A DNA stretch of 37,784 nucleotides. Origin: Bdellovibrionales bacterium GWB1_55_8. Its GTDB lineage: Bacteria > Bdellovibrionota > UBA1018. Positions 17,961 to 28,316 of this stretch are shown piece after piece. The stretch covers positions 24,891-62,674 of the forward strand of contig MEPR01000079.1 of assembly GCA_001769835.1 (NCBI GenBank), given 5' to 3'. The first letter of the stretch is position 1. Each line of letters opens with the position of its first letter. The notes below the pieces were generated by a model. The model searched no databases and was not told the origin of the DNA. It saw nothing but the letters and a program-made list of their open reading frames with translations. A program made the translations under genes and the position numbers.

Positions 17961-18782
17961 ATGATTGACCGGCTCTTGCAGCAGTTAATGGAGCTGCATC
18001 CCGTTTCCCTTGCGTTCTTGGGGACCCTGTTCACCTGGGGTATGACAGCACTCGGCGCTTCGACGATCTTTCTCACTGGGGAGAAGGTGAATTTGAAGGT
18101 CCTGGACTGGATGCTCGGGTTTGCGGCGGGCGTGATGATTGCGGCGAGTTTCTGGTCCCTGCTTTCGCCCGCGATCGAAATGTCCAAGGGAATGACCGTC
18201 CCCGTCTGGTTTCCCGCGTTTACCGGCTTTCTTGCGGGAGCCATCTGCCTTCGTCTGATCGACCGTGTTCTGCCGCACCTTCATCTCGGGTTTTCCATGG
18301 ACGAAGCGGAAGGGCGCAAAACCGGCTGGCGGCGAAGCACGCTCCTGGTGCTTGCAATCACTCTTCACAATGTTCCTGAAGGCCTTGCTGTCGGCGTGGC
18401 ATTTGGAGCACTGGCCGCGGATCCGTCAAACCTTCCGGCTGCGCTGGCTTTGGCGCTCGGTATCGGCATTCAGAATTTTCCTGAGGGGCTTGCTGTCGCT
18501 GCTCCGTTGCGGCGTGAGGGGTTCACGCGTTTCAAGGCTTTCTGGTATGGGCAGCTCACGGGAGTGGTCGAGATTATTGCCGGAGTTCTTGGCGCCGGAC
18601 TCGTGCTTCTGGTGCAACCGATTCTTCCTTACGCCCTGGCCTTTGCCGCGGGAGCCATGATTTTCGTTGTCGTGGAAGAGGTGATTCCGGAATCCCAGCG
18701 GGGCCATCACACGGATCTTGCCACGATGGGGACGATCATCGGGTTTGCCCTGATGATGCTGCTGGATGTCGGCCTGAGCTAG
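17961..18782 (+). CDS. ZIP-family (GufA/ZupT-like) divalent metal transporter
   Basis: LGFAAGVMIAASFWSLL, AITLHNVPEGLAVG, IGIQNFPEG, AAGAMIFVVVEEVIPE. Confidence 0.95.
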   Translation: MIDRLLQQLMELHPVSLAFLGTLFTWGMTALGASTIFLTGEKVNLKVLDWMLGFAAGVMIAASFWSLLSPAIEMSKGMTVPVWFPAFTGFLAGAICLRLIDRVLPHLHLGFSMDEAEGRKTGWRRSTLLVLAITLHNVPEGLAVGVAFGALAADPSNLPAALALALGIGIQNFPEGLAVAAPLRREGFTRFKAFWYGQLTGVVEIIAGVLGAGLVLLVQPILPYALAFAAGAMIFVVVEEVIPESQRGHHTDLATMGTIIGFALMMLLDVGLS

Positions 18783-19586
18783 TTACCTGCAGCTTTCAGA
18801 AATCCCATTTTGGCTCGTGAAAAGTCTGCGTTCAAAGTCGTAAATGAATGAGCTCCGCCAATCGAAGCAAACCACGGGCTTCGCCTCGGGGAGGAGATTT
18901 TCCGGTACTGAAATTTCCGGAACATCTTTAGCCTTGTAGATGCAGCTGCGGAATTCCAGCGAGATGTTTTTGGCGCTTTCGTTGTTTGCTGTGCCCGTGG
19001 CGAATGCCGTTCCCGGAAGGTCCTGGACATAGAGCCTCGGGTTAATCGGCTTCGCCTGGCCGTAATAACGCATTGTCTTTTTCTCAAAAGAGCCGGGCAC
19101 AAGATTCCAGCGATAGTAGTGATGTCTGGGCACGCCTCTCTCGGAAGCGCTGTTGTAAACGGGATCGCGATCCGTCGAGTCCACGATCCACTCCGGGTGC
19201 ACCAGGGGCACGATCTGACCGAAGAGTTCACGCTCGATGCTGTGTTCGGTTTTCACCTGGCCATTTTTGCGGCTCGATTCGAACTGGCACCCTCGAATGA
19301 ATTGAACGACGACATAATCCTCGAGTGTTTCGAGAGATGAGGTCTCATACGCCACATGCGCCTTGGTTCCAAAGGAGGCGCCATCAGAAAAATTGACGCG
19401 GTAATTCTCGACGGTCAAGGAGGCGCCAAGAAGAGAGCAGGACTCCGTGGTTTCGCAGGCCGTGTTTTCAGAGACTTCGACTCGTCTGGAAATCGTGTCC
19501 ACCGGAGCGGCAAAGGCGCAGAGCGCGGTGAATGCTGCTGGTAGCACTAGGGCTGCCGAGGAGGAGAGGAGTGAAAGCCTGAACAT
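18783..19586 (-). CDS. Secreted hypothetical protein (Cys-containing)
   Basis: Hydrophobic signal peptide, 267 aa open frame, RBS AAAGG. Confidence 0.8.
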   Translation of the reverse strand: MFRLSLLSSSAALVLPAAFTALCAFAAPVDTISRRVEVSENTACETTESCSLLGASLTVENYRVNFSDGASFGTKAHVAYETSSLETLEDYVVVQFIRGCQFESSRKNGQVKTEHSIERELFGQIVPLVHPEWIVDSTDRDPVYNSASERGVPRHHYYRWNLVPGSFEKKTMRYYGQAKPINPRLYVQDLPGTAFATGTANNESAKNISLEFRSCIYKAKDVPEISVPENLLPEAKPVVCFDWRSSFIYDFERRLFTSQNGISESCR

Positions 19587-19685
19587 CGCAAACCTTTCTT
19601 TGCTCCCTCGAATGAGGGCAAGCGAGAGTGGTTTAGCGTATTGAACTGTTTAGTCAATTAATAAGTAGCCTGGCAGATCCTGCCG

Positions 19686-21782
19686 CTATGGACGTACTGG
19701 CTCATGGCCATCGGTTGAAGCCGATGGCAGACGAAGAGCGCCAAGGACCGCTCGAAAACGCTGGTGATTTCGTATTTTATTGAATACCGGATCATTTGCG
19801 ACCAACACCATGTGGCTCGCGCGTTCCTCAATGCCATTTTCGAGAAAGGTAAGCGCCTGGTCAGTGTCGCCAAGCGCCGCGTGGAGGGTCGCGATATCGT
19901 AAGCGGAGACATAGCGCTTTTTCGATCGTTTCAGAAGGTCCGATAGAATCTGCCTGGCCTGCGCCGTCTCCCCGGATAAAGCATAGGCTTGCGCCAAAGC
20001 GGATAACATCATGGATTCCCCGCCTGAGAGGTCAGCTGCTCTTTGAAGCGATTGAATGGCGTCGGCTGATTTTCCCAGCTGTATATATGCTCGGCCGGCC
20101 CAATAATGCGGGAGCATGAACGCCGGATTCATCTCGATAGCAGACTGGCAATGGCGAACTGCGGCCTCGTAGTTCCCGGAAAAATAAGCCACGTTTGCCG
20201 CTGCGGATTTTACGATCAACGAGAGAGGTGCCAGGCGAAGAGCGGTCTGAATTTCCATGTCCGCCTCTGAGGGGCGTTTCATGTATGCAAGAAATTCCGC
20301 GTACCACTGGTGAGCGGTCGGGTCGTCAGGGTTGGAAGCAATGGCTCGGCGATAGCGGTCCTCGGCTCCGGACCAATCGTGAGTGAAGTAGAGTTTTCCC
20401 TCGGCGAGCGACAGCAGCGCATCCGTCGAGCCCGGATTGAGTTCCAGGGCGCGGTCGGCATAGAGAAACACTTCGTTCCATGTTGTCTGCGGAGAGGCCC
20501 CACCATAAAAAGACCGCAGGCTGGCAGCGCTGGCCATTGCGGCATAGGCGCTGCTGAAATGCGGGTCGATAGCTACGGCTTTCTTGAGGAGTTCCATGCC
20601 TTGCTTAAGGCCTTCCTCCGTCCTTTTCTCGATGAAATAGCGAGCCTTCAGATAAATCAGGTAGGCCTCACTATTGGGCGTCGGATCCGGATCAGGTCGG
20701 TTTCCAATCGTGCTTGCAGGCGAACGGCCGCGAAACTGTCGGGAAACCTCGCCAGCGATTGTCTTTTGAAGACCGAAGATGTCGTTGAGCTCGCCTTCGT
20801 AAACCTGAGACCAGCGGCTTTCCTGAGATGCAACATCGATGAATTGGACGCTGATGCGGACTCGTTGGCCCAGCGTTCTTACGCTCCCCTGGATCAGATA
20901 TCCGACCTGCAAATCCTTGCCGATCTGCCCCGCAGTTCGATCACTGGATTTGTACTGCATCACGGCAGTGCGAGCCAGGACCCGTAGATCCCCGGAGCGC
21001 GAAAGACTGGAAATCAACTCTTCTGTCAGTCCGTTGGAAAGGTAGGCGTCGTCCTCGCCCTCGTGGCTGATGTTTTCAAAAGGGAGTACGGCTATTCTGC
21101 TCTTTATGTCAGGAGAGTAGCGTTCGCGGGCCAGCTGGAACTGCCAAAGAACTCCGAGGATCAGGGCTGCAGTGGCAACGGCGATGCCGGCCTTCTTGAG
21201 AATGCGGCGGTTGAAAGCTCGACGATTGAACCAGACCCGGGGCGTAGCGGGTATGGCACTGTTTTCAAAACGGATCTCATAGACCGCCACGGGATTTTTG
21301 ATGTTCTTCAATTGCCTGGCGCCGCGATGTTCGACGGGTATGTCGAGTTTGTGATCCACTTGATAGAAAACGGAGCCGCTCATACAGATTCCGCCAGGGC
21401 GCGCGACGTATTGAAGTCTGGCCGCGATGTTTACCCCATCTCCGTAGACATCGCCTCCTGACACGACCACATCGCCGAGGTGAACTCCGACGCGAATCTG
21501 CATCCGCCGGTTCTTAGGTTGATCACGATTCCGCTCAGTAGTCGTTTTCTGAAGTTCTATGGCGAACTGAACGGCGTCGAACGCTGTTTCAAAAACGAGC
21601 AGAAACGCGTCGCCGATCGTTTTTATCTCGGTTCCGAAGTGCTTTGCGACGATCGGTCGCGTAATGTCCCGGTGCTCCTGCAGGAGTTCCAGCGCGAGCT
21701 TTTCGTTCAGGTGGCTCAAGGCGCTATACCGCACGATATCGGTGAAAACGATTGCGGCGAGTTTTCGCTTTCCGTCTTTCAT
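19686..21782 (-). CDS. Class III adenylate cyclase with a TM segment, TolB-like domain and TPR repeats
   Basis: FTDIV, IKTIGDA (Lys favours ATP), DVYGDGVNIAARL, then TM, IAVLPFEN and multiple TPRs. RBS GGAGG. Confidence 0.93.
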   Translation of the reverse strand: MKDGKRKLAAIVFTDIVRYSALSHLNEKLALELLQEHRDITRPIVAKHFGTEIKTIGDAFLLVFETAFDAVQFAIELQKTTTERNRDQPKNRRMQIRVGVHLGDVVVSGGDVYGDGVNIAARLQYVARPGGICMSGSVFYQVDHKLDIPVEHRGARQLKNIKNPVAVYEIRFENSAIPATPRVWFNRRAFNRRILKKAGIAVATAALILGVLWQFQLARERYSPDIKSRIAVLPFENISHEGEDDAYLSNGLTEELISSLSRSGDLRVLARTAVMQYKSSDRTAGQIGKDLQVGYLIQGSVRTLGQRVRISVQFIDVASQESRWSQVYEGELNDIFGLQKTIAGEVSRQFRGRSPASTIGNRPDPDPTPNSEAYLIYLKARYFIEKRTEEGLKQGMELLKKAVAIDPHFSSAYAAMASAASLRSFYGGASPQTTWNEVFLYADRALELNPGSTDALLSLAEGKLYFTHDWSGAEDRYRRAIASNPDDPTAHQWYAEFLAYMKRPSEADMEIQTALRLAPLSLIVKSAAANVAYFSGNYEAAVRHCQSAIEMNPAFMLPHYWAGRAYIQLGKSADAIQSLQRAADLSGGESMMLSALAQAYALSGETAQARQILSDLLKRSKKRYVSAYDIATLHAALGDTDQALTFLENGIEERASHMVLVANDPVFNKIRNHQRFRAVLGALRLPSASTDGHEPVRP

Positions 21783-21813
21783 GCTCCTCCGGGCAGGCTG
21801 AATCCCATTCTGC

Positions 21814-21842
21814 TTATCGGAGAAAGCCGCGTCAAAACTGAG
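21814..21842 (-). promoter_or_regulatory. Putative sigma28 (FliA) promoter of the cyclase gene
   Basis: Minus strand CTCAG-N16-TCCGATAA. The -10 matches GCCGATAA at 7 of 8 positions. Confidence 0.5.
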
Positions 21843-21941
21843 AATTTCTGCAAATCTTCATCATCAGTGCGTCTTCGCAGACCCAGGGGCGCGCCTGCGG
21901 CTCGCGGCGTATACTTGGGGTATTGTCCAAAGGGGAACAAG

Positions 21942-23570
21942 ATGCGGAAGTATGTGGCGCAGGTGTTGGCTGCAACATCTATTATAGGGCTCTCGACGGG
22001 GCTGGTGAGCTGCCGGGAGGTCACGCTCAGTATGACAAATGGCATTTCGGAGCTTTCGTCGACCACCTCGATCGTGGACGCAAATCCTCCAGTCGTGACT
22101 GCGTTCCTGGTTCCGGCATTCCAAAGTTCTCTCCTGGTTTCGGAAATCAGCATCACGGCGACCGACAATCTCGCGGTAACGGAATTCCTTTTAACCGAGA
22201 GCGAGTCCTCTCCGGCGCAGAACGACTCCCGTTGGAGCCCTATCGCGCCCACGAACCATCACTTCTCTTCCTTTGGGACAAAAACTCTTCATGCTTTCGC
22301 CAAGGACGCCGCAGGTAATGTCTCCGCCAGAAAGAGTGCTGGAATCACCATCGCTCCTCCGCCGCCCCAAAGCGGTTCTCCGAGTGAACCGCTCCTGCTT
22401 CAGAGTAATCTCGTTTATCAAGGCGCTTTCCGTATTCCGGGAGGGGATTTTGGAAGTCCTCAATATTCCGGTTTCAGCTATTCCGGAACAGCAATCACCT
22501 ATCACCCCGGGAACAACTCGCTCTACATGGTGGGGCACCCTTACCATAATCTGGTGGCCGAGGTATCGATCCCCGCGATCAAGAGCAGTGGGCAATTGAG
22601 CGAACTCAACACGGCCACTGTTCTTCAGAATTTCTCTGACATCACGGAAGGGAATCTGAAAAATATCAATGCAGGGGGAACACCCTACAGCTCATCACTG
22701 CATGTCGGTGGTCTTCTGGTGTTCAATGGAAGATTGATCGGAAACGTGTACGCATACTACGACGCCGCACACAATGCGGCGCTCTCTCATTTCGTATCCG
22801 GCTTGAATCTGTCCGCAGTCGGTGATTTCCAGGGCATGATTCGCGTTGGAATGCAGAACCCGGGTTTCGTCGCTGGTTATATGGCAACGATCCCGCCTCA
22901 ATGGCAGGCACTGCTTGGCGGGCCCGCGATGACCGGACAAGCCGGGATCCCAATCATCGGAAGAAGCTCGCATGGACCGGCCGCGACTGTTTTTAACCCG
23001 GATGATCTGGGCAGTTCCGTGAGTACTGTTGCGGCGACTCCCGTACTGGGCTATCCGATCGAGCATCCCACCCTGGGGAATTACGGCCACACGGACGCGG
23101 CGATTCCTGCGGGTTTTAACATGTCGACTCAGATCAATGGCGCGGTTTTTCCCGTGGGTTCAAGTACCGTCCTATTCTTCGGGCGGCAAGGGCTTGGAAG
23201 ACCGTGTTACGGACAAGGGACCAGCGATCCCTCTTTGGACCGACAACCAGTGCCGGAATATCCAACTGTCATGTATTGCTACGACCCGGTGAGTGCCGCG
23301 AAAGGCTCGCACGGATATCCGTATTCAATGATCATCTGGGCTTACAACGCGAACGATCTCGTCGCGGCGAAAAAGGGTCAGAAAAATATCTGGGACGTTC
23401 TGCCTTACGATGTGTGGTTTCCTGTTCTTCCCATCGGAACCGGCAACGAAACCATGGGCGGCGTGGGCTATGATCCTGAACGCCAGCTCATTTATGTGTC
23501 GCAGAAAAACGGCGATCCCGGAACGGGGTATTTTTCAGGCCCTGTGATTCATGTTTTCAAGATTCAATAG
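21942..23570 (+). CDS. Lipoprotein with an Ig-like domain and a large C-terminal beta-rich (propeller-like) domain
   Basis: Start moved to ATG 21942: RBS AGGGGA, lipobox GLVS-C, and the ORF-track start overlaps the cyclase. Ig-like ATDN...AKDAAGNVS, Pro linker, then LVYQGAFRIP...YDPERQLIYVSQ. Confidence 0.85.
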   Translation: MRKYVAQVLAATSIIGLSTGLVSCREVTLSMTNGISELSSTTSIVDANPPVVTAFLVPAFQSSLLVSEISITATDNLAVTEFLLTESESSPAQNDSRWSPIAPTNHHFSSFGTKTLHAFAKDAAGNVSARKSAGITIAPPPPQSGSPSEPLLLQSNLVYQGAFRIPGGDFGSPQYSGFSYSGTAITYHPGNNSLYMVGHPYHNLVAEVSIPAIKSSGQLSELNTATVLQNFSDITEGNLKNINAGGTPYSSSLHVGGLLVFNGRLIGNVYAYYDAAHNAALSHFVSGLNLSAVGDFQGMIRVGMQNPGFVAGYMATIPPQWQALLGGPAMTGQAGIPIIGRSSHGPAATVFNPDDLGSSVSTVAATPVLGYPIEHPTLGNYGHTDAAIPAGFNMSTQINGAVFPVGSSTVLFFGRQGLGRPCYGQGTSDPSLDRQPVPEYPTVMYCYDPVSAAKGSHGYPYSMIIWAYNANDLVAAKKGQKNIWDVLPYDVWFPVLPIGTGNETMGGVGYDPERQLIYVSQKNGDPGTGYFSGPVIHVFKIQ

Positions 23571-23624
23571 CGGGAACTCCGCCCGATCGTCCCGAAATCC
23601 GAATCTCCAGGGCCCGATTGTGAA

Positions 23625-24623
23625 TCAGATCTTCTGTTTCTTGAGATTCAGCTCGGTTGAACCCTCTTCTCCCAGGTCGTGTCGGTTCAGGCATCCGCTG
23701 AGAGCTGAGTGAGAAGGCTCAAGTTTGATCTGAAGCTTGTAATTCTTCTCGTTCTTCAAAGCCTCTTTCATGCCAAGCTTCGCGAGATCCAGCGTGTAAC
23801 GCGAGGTTTCAGTTCCTTCCGCAACCTCAAGAGCGGAGGCCGAGATCTGGCCCGAGAAGAGTTTCTTCGAGAACCAGAGTGTCCGCTGACGTTTGACGGT
23901 GAGACTCAGCTGAACTTCTTTCGAAAACACATGAGTCGGCATTTCAAAGCTGAGCACGCCCGATTTGAAATCGACGCTGCTGATGCCCGTGCGGAACGCC
24001 TTGCGGATGCCAGCTGTCGGAACCAGGGTGACTTCGGCCTGCACCTGTACGCTCTTCTGCTTTCCGTTGACCTGCGTTTCCGCGCTTTCTTTCACGAACA
24101 CGAGGAATTCCCCGGAGGTTCTTGCGGCACTGAAATCAACCGTTCCTGAATGGCGATCGATGCTGGCGCGGAGGGTTTCGTGCGGGACAGCGCCTTCAGG
24201 AGCCGTCACTTTCACGTTGATGGACGCGTTCACATAGTAATCGGTTTCCGTGCCGACCTTGACAGTCGTCGTGTAGCTGCAGTCGTAAAATTCCGTATAG
24301 TACCGGGCCACCTGGTGGCATTCCCGGCGAGGGCTTTCGCGGCATATGCGATGGCCGCGGCGATCGTTGTGGCAAACCCGGTGCGAGACCGTATGGCAGA
24401 CCGTTTCGTAATGACCGAAAACCTGACGAGAGCAGGTTCTGGGGACCAGGACTTCCTGGTACACGTCATGCTCCTGAACGCCGGAAAGCGAGAGTGAGTG
24501 TTCGCTATTGGAGTCGATGGTGAAGGTCTCAGATTGCGAAGCGAATGCGGGCAGCGCATTTCCGGCAGCTCCTGCGATACCGATCCACATTGCCAAACCT
24601 AGAATTTTCAAAAACGATTTCAT
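23625..24623 (-). CDS. Secreted beta-rich protein with a 6-Cys hairpin insertion
   Basis: Signal peptide ending PAFA, RBS AAGGGGA, and CSRQ...VCHT...VCHN...ICRE...ECHQ...DCSY. Confidence 0.87.
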   Translation of the reverse strand: MKSFLKILGLAMWIGIAGAAGNALPAFASQSETFTIDSNSEHSLSLSGVQEHDVYQEVLVPRTCSRQVFGHYETVCHTVSHRVCHNDRRGHRICRESPRRECHQVARYYTEFYDCSYTTTVKVGTETDYYVNASINVKVTAPEGAVPHETLRASIDRHSGTVDFSAARTSGEFLVFVKESAETQVNGKQKSVQVQAEVTLVPTAGIRKAFRTGISSVDFKSGVLSFEMPTHVFSKEVQLSLTVKRQRTLWFSKKLFSGQISASALEVAEGTETSRYTLDLAKLGMKEALKNEKNYKLQIKLEPSHSALSGCLNRHDLGEEGSTELNLKKQKI

Positions 24624-24662
24624 GACGAGTTCCCCTTAATTTTTTAAAACCGCGGCGCATTG

Positions 24663-24678
24663 AGCAACACGTGTGCCG
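24663..24678 (-). promoter_or_regulatory. Sigma54 -24/-12 promoter
   Basis: Minus strand CGGCACACGTGTTGCT, near-consensus (GGCAC-N5-TTGC). Confidence 0.8.
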
Positions 24679-24950
24679 AAGATCGAGGAGCCGCTCAAGC
24701 ACGCCGAAGTTTGTTATTTTTTTGATCCAACTTGCTGAACTTTCGAGATTCTTTGTTTCGCGAAAACGGACTCCAGGAGAGGACATGCTTCAGCTATTTG
24801 GATCGAAAAGCTGAACCAACGCCTCAAGTGGAGCCGAAATGCGCCCTCTTGTTTTCACAATTCATCTCCATTATTTGAAGGGCGCCCACGGATGACTCTA
24901 TGCGTTATTTTGATTGTGAATTCAAGCCCAATCGACTAGGTTGCTGCGCT

Positions 24951-26384
24951 ATGGAGCGAGTGGGGTCGTTTATTCTTGAGCGGGAACTCGGGCGCGGGGC
25001 TACCGCGCAGGTGTTTCTTGCTCATCGAGCAGAAGCGCCTTCTGAAAAGGTCGCTCTCAAGATATTCCATCCAGGCCTATGGGACCGCGAAGATCTTCGC
25101 AAACGCGCTCTCGCGGAGTTCAGGACCGCTTCCGTGCTGAATCATCCGAACATCGTCCGGGTCCTTGAGCCTTGTTGGGAAACAGACAAACCTGCGGTCG
25201 CACTCGAATACGTCGATGGTTCTTCGCTCGAGGAATTTCAGAAGCGCCTGCCATACATTCTTCCTGAAGTAGCCGTTCTGATCCTGATTGAGGTGCTTTC
25301 GGCTTTGGAGCATGCGCATGCGCAGGGCGTGATTCACCGCGATCTGAAGCCTGCCAATATTTTGATCAGCAAATCGGGCCGCGTTTTGGTGAGTGATTTC
25401 GGATTGGCAAAAATGGCCGATGTATCGCGGCTTACGCTTTCGGGCACGATTCTCGGGTCACCCGACTTCATGTCTCCCGAACAGGCCAGAGGCGATGTCA
25501 CGAGCCTGCGATCAGACCTGTTTTCCGCTGCTGCGATTCTCTACTTCCTGATAACCGGAACCAGGCCGTTTGCGCGTCACTCCCCGTTGGCGACGCTTGC
25601 GGCCGTGAACGAGGCAAATGCAGAGCCGGTTCAACGCAGAAACCCGAAGATCAGCGCAGCTCTTGCGCGTACTCTGCATCGGGCTCTTCAGGCGGATCCG
25701 TTGTCACGTCCCGCCTCCGCGGCCGAAATGCGCGCCGAGTTTCAGGATTACTTGTCCGGCCTCGGGTTAGCTCGCGAAACATTCAACTTTGCTGATTGGG
25801 TAAGCAGTCCGACCGAGACCCTGATGGGCGCTATGAAAATTTGCGCGGAGTCCCTGAGTATCCGGTGCGAGGCGCTGATTCGCTCGGAACAGTCGGATAC
25901 ATTTCTGGAGACCCTGGCGCATCTCAGTCTTGTGGCGCCGGAAAGCGGGGCGCTTCCAAGGCTGATGAGTGAATTTGAAACCCGCCAGCGGCAACGCCGT
26001 CATAAAAAATTCCTGATCCCGGGAGTCGCTCTGGGTGTCATCTCCGCCTGTGCGGTTGTTCTGGGTGGCTGGTGGTTTGTTCATGACACCGGTCCGGGCG
26101 TGGACGCGATTCCGAGTACGCAATCCGCGTTGAAACCTGTTTCTCATCCGCCACGTATTGTGGCATCCAAGGCGAAAGCTGCCCCGGCGGTGGGATCCGT
26201 CCGTTTCGATGTTCCTGATGACATTCGCGTTTTCTGGAATGGTAAAAAGGTGAATCGGAAGAAGTCACTCAAGGATCAGAGTCTGGGAAAACATTGGATT
26301 CGCCTTGAAAAGAGCGGCAATCGGCCGATCGTTCGCGAGGTTCTTGTCCGGGCGGGCGAGCCCACGGTCATTCGGGTAAGGTGA
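24951..26384 (+). CDS. Membrane Hanks-type Ser/Thr kinase with an extracytoplasmic PEGA-like domain
   Basis: GRGATAQV, VALK, HRDLKPAN, DFG, GSPDFMSPEQ, then TM FLIPGVALGVISACAVVLGGWWFV and PEGA-like RVFWNGK...GKHWIRLEK. Start set at ATG 24951, after TTGTGA-N17-TAGGTT. Confidence 0.93.
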   Translation: MERVGSFILERELGRGATAQVFLAHRAEAPSEKVALKIFHPGLWDREDLRKRALAEFRTASVLNHPNIVRVLEPCWETDKPAVALEYVDGSSLEEFQKRLPYILPEVAVLILIEVLSALEHAHAQGVIHRDLKPANILISKSGRVLVSDFGLAKMADVSRLTLSGTILGSPDFMSPEQARGDVTSLRSDLFSAAAILYFLITGTRPFARHSPLATLAAVNEANAEPVQRRNPKISAALARTLHRALQADPLSRPASAAEMRAEFQDYLSGLGLARETFNFADWVSSPTETLMGAMKICAESLSIRCEALIRSEQSDTFLETLAHLSLVAPESGALPRLMSEFETRQRQRRHKKFLIPGVALGVISACAVVLGGWWFVHDTGPGVDAIPSTQSALKPVSHPPRIVASKAKAAPAVGSVRFDVPDDIRVFWNGKKVNRKKSLKDQSLGKHWIRLEKSGNRPIVREVLVRAGEPTVIRVR

Positions 26385-26387
26385 CTC

Positions 26388-28220
26388 ATGGCGCAGCTGG
26401 TTCTTTCCGGAAGTCTGGCTCAAGGCACGCGCGAGCGTCAGTTTCTGATTAGAAAAAAAATGATGACCATTGGAACCGAAGCCACTCACGATGTGATGGT
26501 GTCGGCCAGTTCGCCAGGCGTTCTTTTTTCTCTCGTGATCCAGGACGGCTATTGCGAGGTTCTGCCTTCCAGGCGTTTGAGAATCAACGGAAACTCAACG
26601 ATTGGGAGAAGCCGGCTCTCATCCTGCGATCGGATCGAATGGGACGGAGGGTCCGCCGTCTATCTCGACAACGAAATCGCCGCGGCAGCGCAACACGTCG
26701 AGGGCGTCAGTCTGTCCCGTGCATTGGAAGTTCTTCAGAACCTCTCCGCCACGTTGCAAGGCACGGGAGCGCTTCAGGCGGGACTGCACCAGACCCTCGA
26801 TGCATTGGTGGAGTTCGCGGGCGCTGAAGTGGGCTACCTTCTGGTGGAAAATGCGGAGGGTTCGGGGTGGGCTCTTTCCGCCTCTCGTGCGATCGGACAG
26901 GAAAGCGGGGATGTTCCTAGACCCAATCGAAAGGAACTCTTCAGTAATACGATCCTGAAAGAGGCGCTGGAGCGACGCGAACCGGTTTACGTGGAAAACA
27001 TCATCGGACATCCCTGGGGAGACGCCGAAAGCGTGATTGCGGCCCGGATCTTCTCGGCAGCGTGTTTCCCGTTGTGCCTCGGAGAGCGAACGTTCGGCGC
27101 CGTATTCCTCTTCACAAGGTCTCCGGGGAAATCCATTCGCCGGGAGTCGCTCGGAGAACTCAGCCTTCTTGCAAGCCAGGCCGCGTTGATGCTGGCTTCG
27201 CAGGCCGAGCTTTCAAATGCCCGCCGCGAGAACGCGCGTTTGAAGTCGCTCGTGAACGCGGGAGACGGAGAGGTTGCGCTTTATCAGGACTCGCAAAGTC
27301 CGATGGTGGAGGTCGCGCGCAAGCTGGAGAAGCTCGCGCGCACGCCGCTTACGGTACTGATCCTCGGGGAAACGGGTACGGGTAAAGAGGTTGTTGCCCG
27401 TGAACTTCATCGCAAGAGCGACCGCGCGAAGGGCCCTTTTGTCGCAGTCAATTGCGCGGCAATACCGGCGCCTCTTCTGGAGTCGACGCTTTTTGGATTT
27501 GAAAAGGGTGCGTTCACGGGGGCCATCCGCTCGCAGCCGGGTAAATTTCAGATCGCGAGTGGCGGAACTCTTTTCCTCGACGAAATCGGGGATCTCCCGC
27601 TTGAGCTTCAAGCCAAACTCCTGAGAGTTCTGCAGGAAAGAATGGTCGAACCGATCGGCGCGCGCGCTCCGCTCCCCGTGGATATTCGCGTGCTTTCCGC
27701 TACTCATCAGGAACTGGAAAGGGCCGTTCGCGAAGGCCGCTTTCGGCAGGATCTCTATTTCCGTCTGAACGGAGCCACACTGAAAATTCCGCCGCTTCGG
27801 GAGAGAAGGGAAGACATCCTTCCTCTTGCGGACCTGTTTTTGAAGGCAGCCGGTTGTGAGCTTCCGATCTCTCCAGACGCGCGAGAGGCGCTGACTCGTA
27901 ACTCCTGGTCAGGAAACGTACGGGAGCTTCAACAGGTCATTACAAGGGCCGGATTTTTGGCTGAAGGCGCGGAAATCACCCTCAGGGATCTGGAGCTCGA
28001 TTCCCGGGAAGTTCAGTCAGCGGGTGATTCAGAGCACTGGAGCAGCCTTGAGGATGCGCAAACGGCATTTACGAGAGACTTTGTCAGGCGCGCTCTGGAG
28101 CGAAATGGGGGAAGCCGATCGCTGGCCGCGGCATCGCTTGGAGTTTCTGAACGCACTCTTTATCGAATTCTCGCCTCCGAAGCCGACCCGAAAACCGACT
28201 CCAAGGCTGACCCGACATGA
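26388..28220 (+). CDS. Sigma54 enhancer-binding protein: FHA-like + GAF + AAA+ + HTH
   Basis: FHA-like N-terminus, GAF ([19 protein letters not shown]), [36 protein letters not shown] and [13 protein letters not shown]. Starts 3 nt after the kinase stop. Confidence 0.94.
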   Translation: MAQLVLSGSLAQGTRERQFLIRKKMMTIGTEATHDVMVSASSPGVLFSLVIQDGYCEVLPSRRLRINGNSTIGRSRLSSCDRIEWDGGSAVYLDNEIAAAAQHVEGVSLSRALEVLQNLSATLQGTGALQAGLHQTLDALVEFAGAEVGYLLVENAEGSGWALSASRAIGQESGDVPRPNRKELFSNTILKEALERREPVYVENIIGHPWGDAESVIAARIFSAACFPLCLGERTFGAVFLFTRSPGKSIRRESLGELSLLASQAALMLASQAELSNARRENARLKSLVNAGDGEVALYQDSQSPMVEVARKLEKLARTPLTVLILGETGTGKEVVARELHRKSDRAKGPFVAVNCAAIPAPLLESTLFGFEKGAFTGAIRSQPGKFQIASGGTLFLDEIGDLPLELQAKLLRVLQERMVEPIGARAPLPVDIRVLSATHQELERAVREGRFRQDLYFRLNGATLKIPPLRERREDILPLADLFLKAAGCELPISPDAREALTRNSWSGNVRELQQVITRAGFLAEGAEITLRDLELDSREVQSAGDSEHWSSLEDAQTAFTRDFVRRALERNGGSRSLAAASLGVSERTLYRILASEADPKTDSKADPT

Positions 28221-28266
28221 GCCTGGCCATGACAAAGACGGCAGGTGAGGCTGACAGAACTGTCAG
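28208..28266. promoter_or_regulatory. Phased enhancer (UAS) sites
   Basis: TGAC half-sites at 28208, 28230 and 28252 (22-bp period). The last is the perfect palindrome CTGACAG-AA-CTGTCAG (28251-28266). Confidence 0.65.
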
Positions 28267-28299
28267 GAGAGGGCAGGGGCAACGAAGTGGATCGAGTTG

Positions 28300-28312
28300 T
28301 TTCAATGACTTA
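28300..28312 (+). promoter_or_regulatory. IHF-like binding site
   Basis: TTTCAATGACTTA versus consensus WATCAANNNNTTR (one mismatch), between the UAS and the sigma54 site. Confidence 0.55.
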
Positions 28313-28316
28313 GGAG

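Noticed and set aside
19587-19625. Alternative hairpins around the SD of the 267-aa gene as a riboswitch
   Set aside because: The stems are 4-8 bp, the leader is very short, and there is no recognisable aptamer.
21480-21941. N-terminal 154 aa of the 696-aa ORF in the track
   Set aside because: It overlaps the cyclase gene antisense. The RBS and lipoprotein signal point to ATG 21942.
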